From Candidatus Bathyarchaeota archaeon (lineage in GTDB: Archaea > Thermoproteota > Bathyarchaeia > Bathyarchaeales > Bathycorpusculaceae): a stretch of 64,000 nucleotides of DNA. Each line of letters opens with the position of its first letter. Position 1 is the first letter of the stretch. Positions 62,234-64,000 of the stretch are shown here, piece by piece. The stretch is from positions 64,001 to 128,000 of the forward strand of contig CAVZKL010000017.1 of the NCBI GenBank assembly GCA_963775895.1. The letters are read 5' to 3'. The notes under the pieces are model-generated. The model had not been told where the DNA came from, made no database searches, and saw nothing but the letters and a program-made list of their open reading frames with translations. Position numbers and translations under genes: made by a program.

Positions 62234-64000
62234 TCAGCACAGCTTCCTTCTATGGCTTTGTAGGGGCAAATGGAGATACAGAGTCCACATCCTGCGCAGG
62301 TGTTCTCATCGATGGCTACCTTGTCGTCTTCTAGGACTATTGCTGGGCAGCCCAGCAGTTTGACGCAGGCCATACAGTTCGTGCATTTATCGGTGATCCT
62401 TGCCTGAATTACCTTTATGCCGTGATGTCTTTTCTCTCTTAGATTCATCAGTGTGCATGGCGATCTGAAAACTACGACGGATGGTCCGGGTTGCTGCAGG
62501 GCTTCTTTTAGAACTGCCGTGGCTTCTTTTGTCTTGAAAGGATCCACGACTCTTACGTACTTCACGCCGCAACCTTCGGCCACTTTCTCAATGAGGACCT
62601 TTTCCGTTGGTGCTTGCATGCCAGTCACACCCGTGCCAGGGTGCGGTTGATGTCCAGTCATCGCAGTTGCCTGATTATCGAGAACAGCCACCACAACCTT
62701 GCTTTGATTGTAGACGGCGTTTATCAGCCCAGGAATTGCAGCGTGAAAGAAAGTTGAGTCTCCAAGGGTTGCGATCGTCTGTCTCCCCGTTGCTCTGCTT
62801 ATTCCTTGGGCTGTGCCGACGCTCGCTCCCATGCAGATCATGATGTCTCCAACGTTCAATGGCGGTGAAATCCCTAAGGCATAGCATCCGATGTCATCGG
62901 GGTAAACTGCTTTGTCACCCCCAACCTTCTTGATGACAAAGTAGGATGCCCGGTGAGGACAGCCTGCGCAGAGCACCGGCGGTCTGGATGGCAGGTCTCT
63001 GGTGGCTTCAACGTATCTTTCTTTAATCTTCTGGAAATCTATCGGCACTTTCTTGCTCGTTATCCTAGAGAGTCCGACCGCGACCAAACGTGTCGAAAGC
63101 TCTCCTTCTCTCGGGAAAAACTGCAGATTCATTTTGCCAAATATTTGGACTTTCGGTGCATGATCCTTGGCTACCGCCTTGATCTGCATCTCCAAGTAAG
63201 GTTCGAGCTCCTCAACGATCACAACCTTACCATGGCCTCGTAAGAAATCTGCAATCTTTCTTTCAGGAAGCGGGTGCGTCATACCCAATTTCAAAAAGTC
63301 AGCATCCAAACGCAGTAGATTCGCGGCTTCAACCGCGTAGTTGAAGGCTGAACTCGAAGATATTATGCCAATTTCTCCGTGGTTCCCAACCACCGTGTTG
63401 TAAGGTGACGTTTCGCTGAGTTCCTTGGCTTCCGCGACTTTCTTGAGAAGAACTTCATGTTTCGGTCTCGAGAAAGCCGGAACCATGATTAGGCGTTTCA
63501 TGTCTCGAATGAACTCGCCTTTCAGTTTCGGTTTCAACACTCTTCCATATTCAACGGGTCCTCGAGTATGGTTGACCCGGGTTGTTGTTCTCAGAAGAAC
63601 TGGCAACTCGAGCTTCTCAGAGATCTCGATAGCTGAGACGGTCATTTCCTTGGCTTCTTGAGGATTGGACGGTTCTAAGCATGGAAGATTTGAAAACAAT
63701 GCGTAGAAGCGGTTGTCCTGCTCGTTTTGCGAACTGTAGCATTCGGGGTCGTCTGCCGTGACAATTACGTAGCCCCCCCTCACACCCACGTAAGCAAGGG
63801 TCATAACCATGTCCGCAGCCACGTTCAATCCAACATGTTTCATCGCTGTCAGAGCTCTAACTCCACAATTAGCAGCGCCTGCGGCGACCTGGACAGCGAC
63901 CATTTCATTGACAGAATATTCCATGTACAAACCAGCGTCGCCTGCAATCTCTGATATCGAGTCGCCAATCTCGGATGCAGGTGTCCCTGGGTACGTGGTT
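62230..64000 (-). CDS. iorA: Indolepyruvate:ferredoxin oxidoreductase alpha subunit (5' end beyond the window)
   Basis: YPGTP at the window edge, MKHVGLNVAAD, SQNEQD, LCAGCPH, GDSTFFH, C-terminal ferredoxin Cys motifs. Confidence 0.93.
   Translation of the reverse strand, partial: TTYPGTPASEIGDSISEIAGDAGLYMEYSVNEMVAVQVAAGAANCGVRALTAMKHVGLNVAADMVMTLAYVGVRGGYVIVTADDPECYSSQNEQDNRFYALFSNLPCLEPSNPQEAKEMTVSAIEISEKLELPVLLRTTTRVNHTRGPVEYGRVLKPKLKGEFIRDMKRLIMVPAFSRPKHEVLLKKVAEAKELSETSPYNTVVGNHGEIGIISSSSAFNYAVEAANLLRLDADFLKLGMTHPLPERKIADFLRGHGKVVIVEELEPYLEMQIKAVAKDHAPKVQIFGKMNLQFFPREGELSTRLVAVGLSRITSKKVPIDFQKIKERYVEATRDLPSRPPVLCAGCPHRASYFVIKKVGGDKAVYPDDIGCYALGISPPLNVGDIMICMGASVGTAQGISRATGRQTIATLGDSTFFHAAIPGLINAVYNQSKVVVAVLDNQATAMTGHQPHPGTGVTGMQAPTEKVLIEKVAEGCGVKYVRVVDPFKTKEATAVLKEALQQPGPSVVVFRSPCTLMNLREKRHHGIKVIQARITDKCTNCMACVKLLGCPAIVLEDDKVAIDENTCAGCGLCISICPYKAIEGSCAE

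Overview
Archaeal chromosomal window, most consistent with Bathyarchaeia/TACK. The assignment is an inference from the gene content: eukaryote-type topoisomerase IB, S30e, GatDE, short XPF, dockerin-like surface proteins and many zinc-ribbon proteins. It is mostly housekeeping: gatDE, elp3, rps30e, cysS, rps12-rps7, EF-1alpha, DNA Pol IV, AMP phosphorylase with R15P isomerase, iorAB, glnA, asnA and mgtA, plus tRNA-Leu(CAG) and tRNA-Ala(GGC). About 20 genes, including essential ones, are split by single-base frameshifts, which most likely reflects sequencing or assembly indel errors. Main observations: (1) a fully bounded 3195-bp IS6-like cargo transposon (39663-42857) with bipartite 52-bp terminal inverted repeats, an 8-bp target duplication, a SWIM-finger transposase, a divergent RHH operon and three small membrane cargo genes; (2) a stand-alone NurA-HerA pair beside four apparently paralogous beta-hairpin/winged-helix genes, with a palindromic operator; (3) a 2-kb integrase-less island at tRNA-Leu carrying a GH38 mannosidase; (4) alternating purine-pyrimidine (GCGCGC/CACGCG) tracts recurring at many intergenic boundaries; (5) a TFS paralog and a DRG GTPase with altered catalytic motifs; (6) a carbohydrate-binding-like domain inserted inside an Ig repeat of a surface protein.
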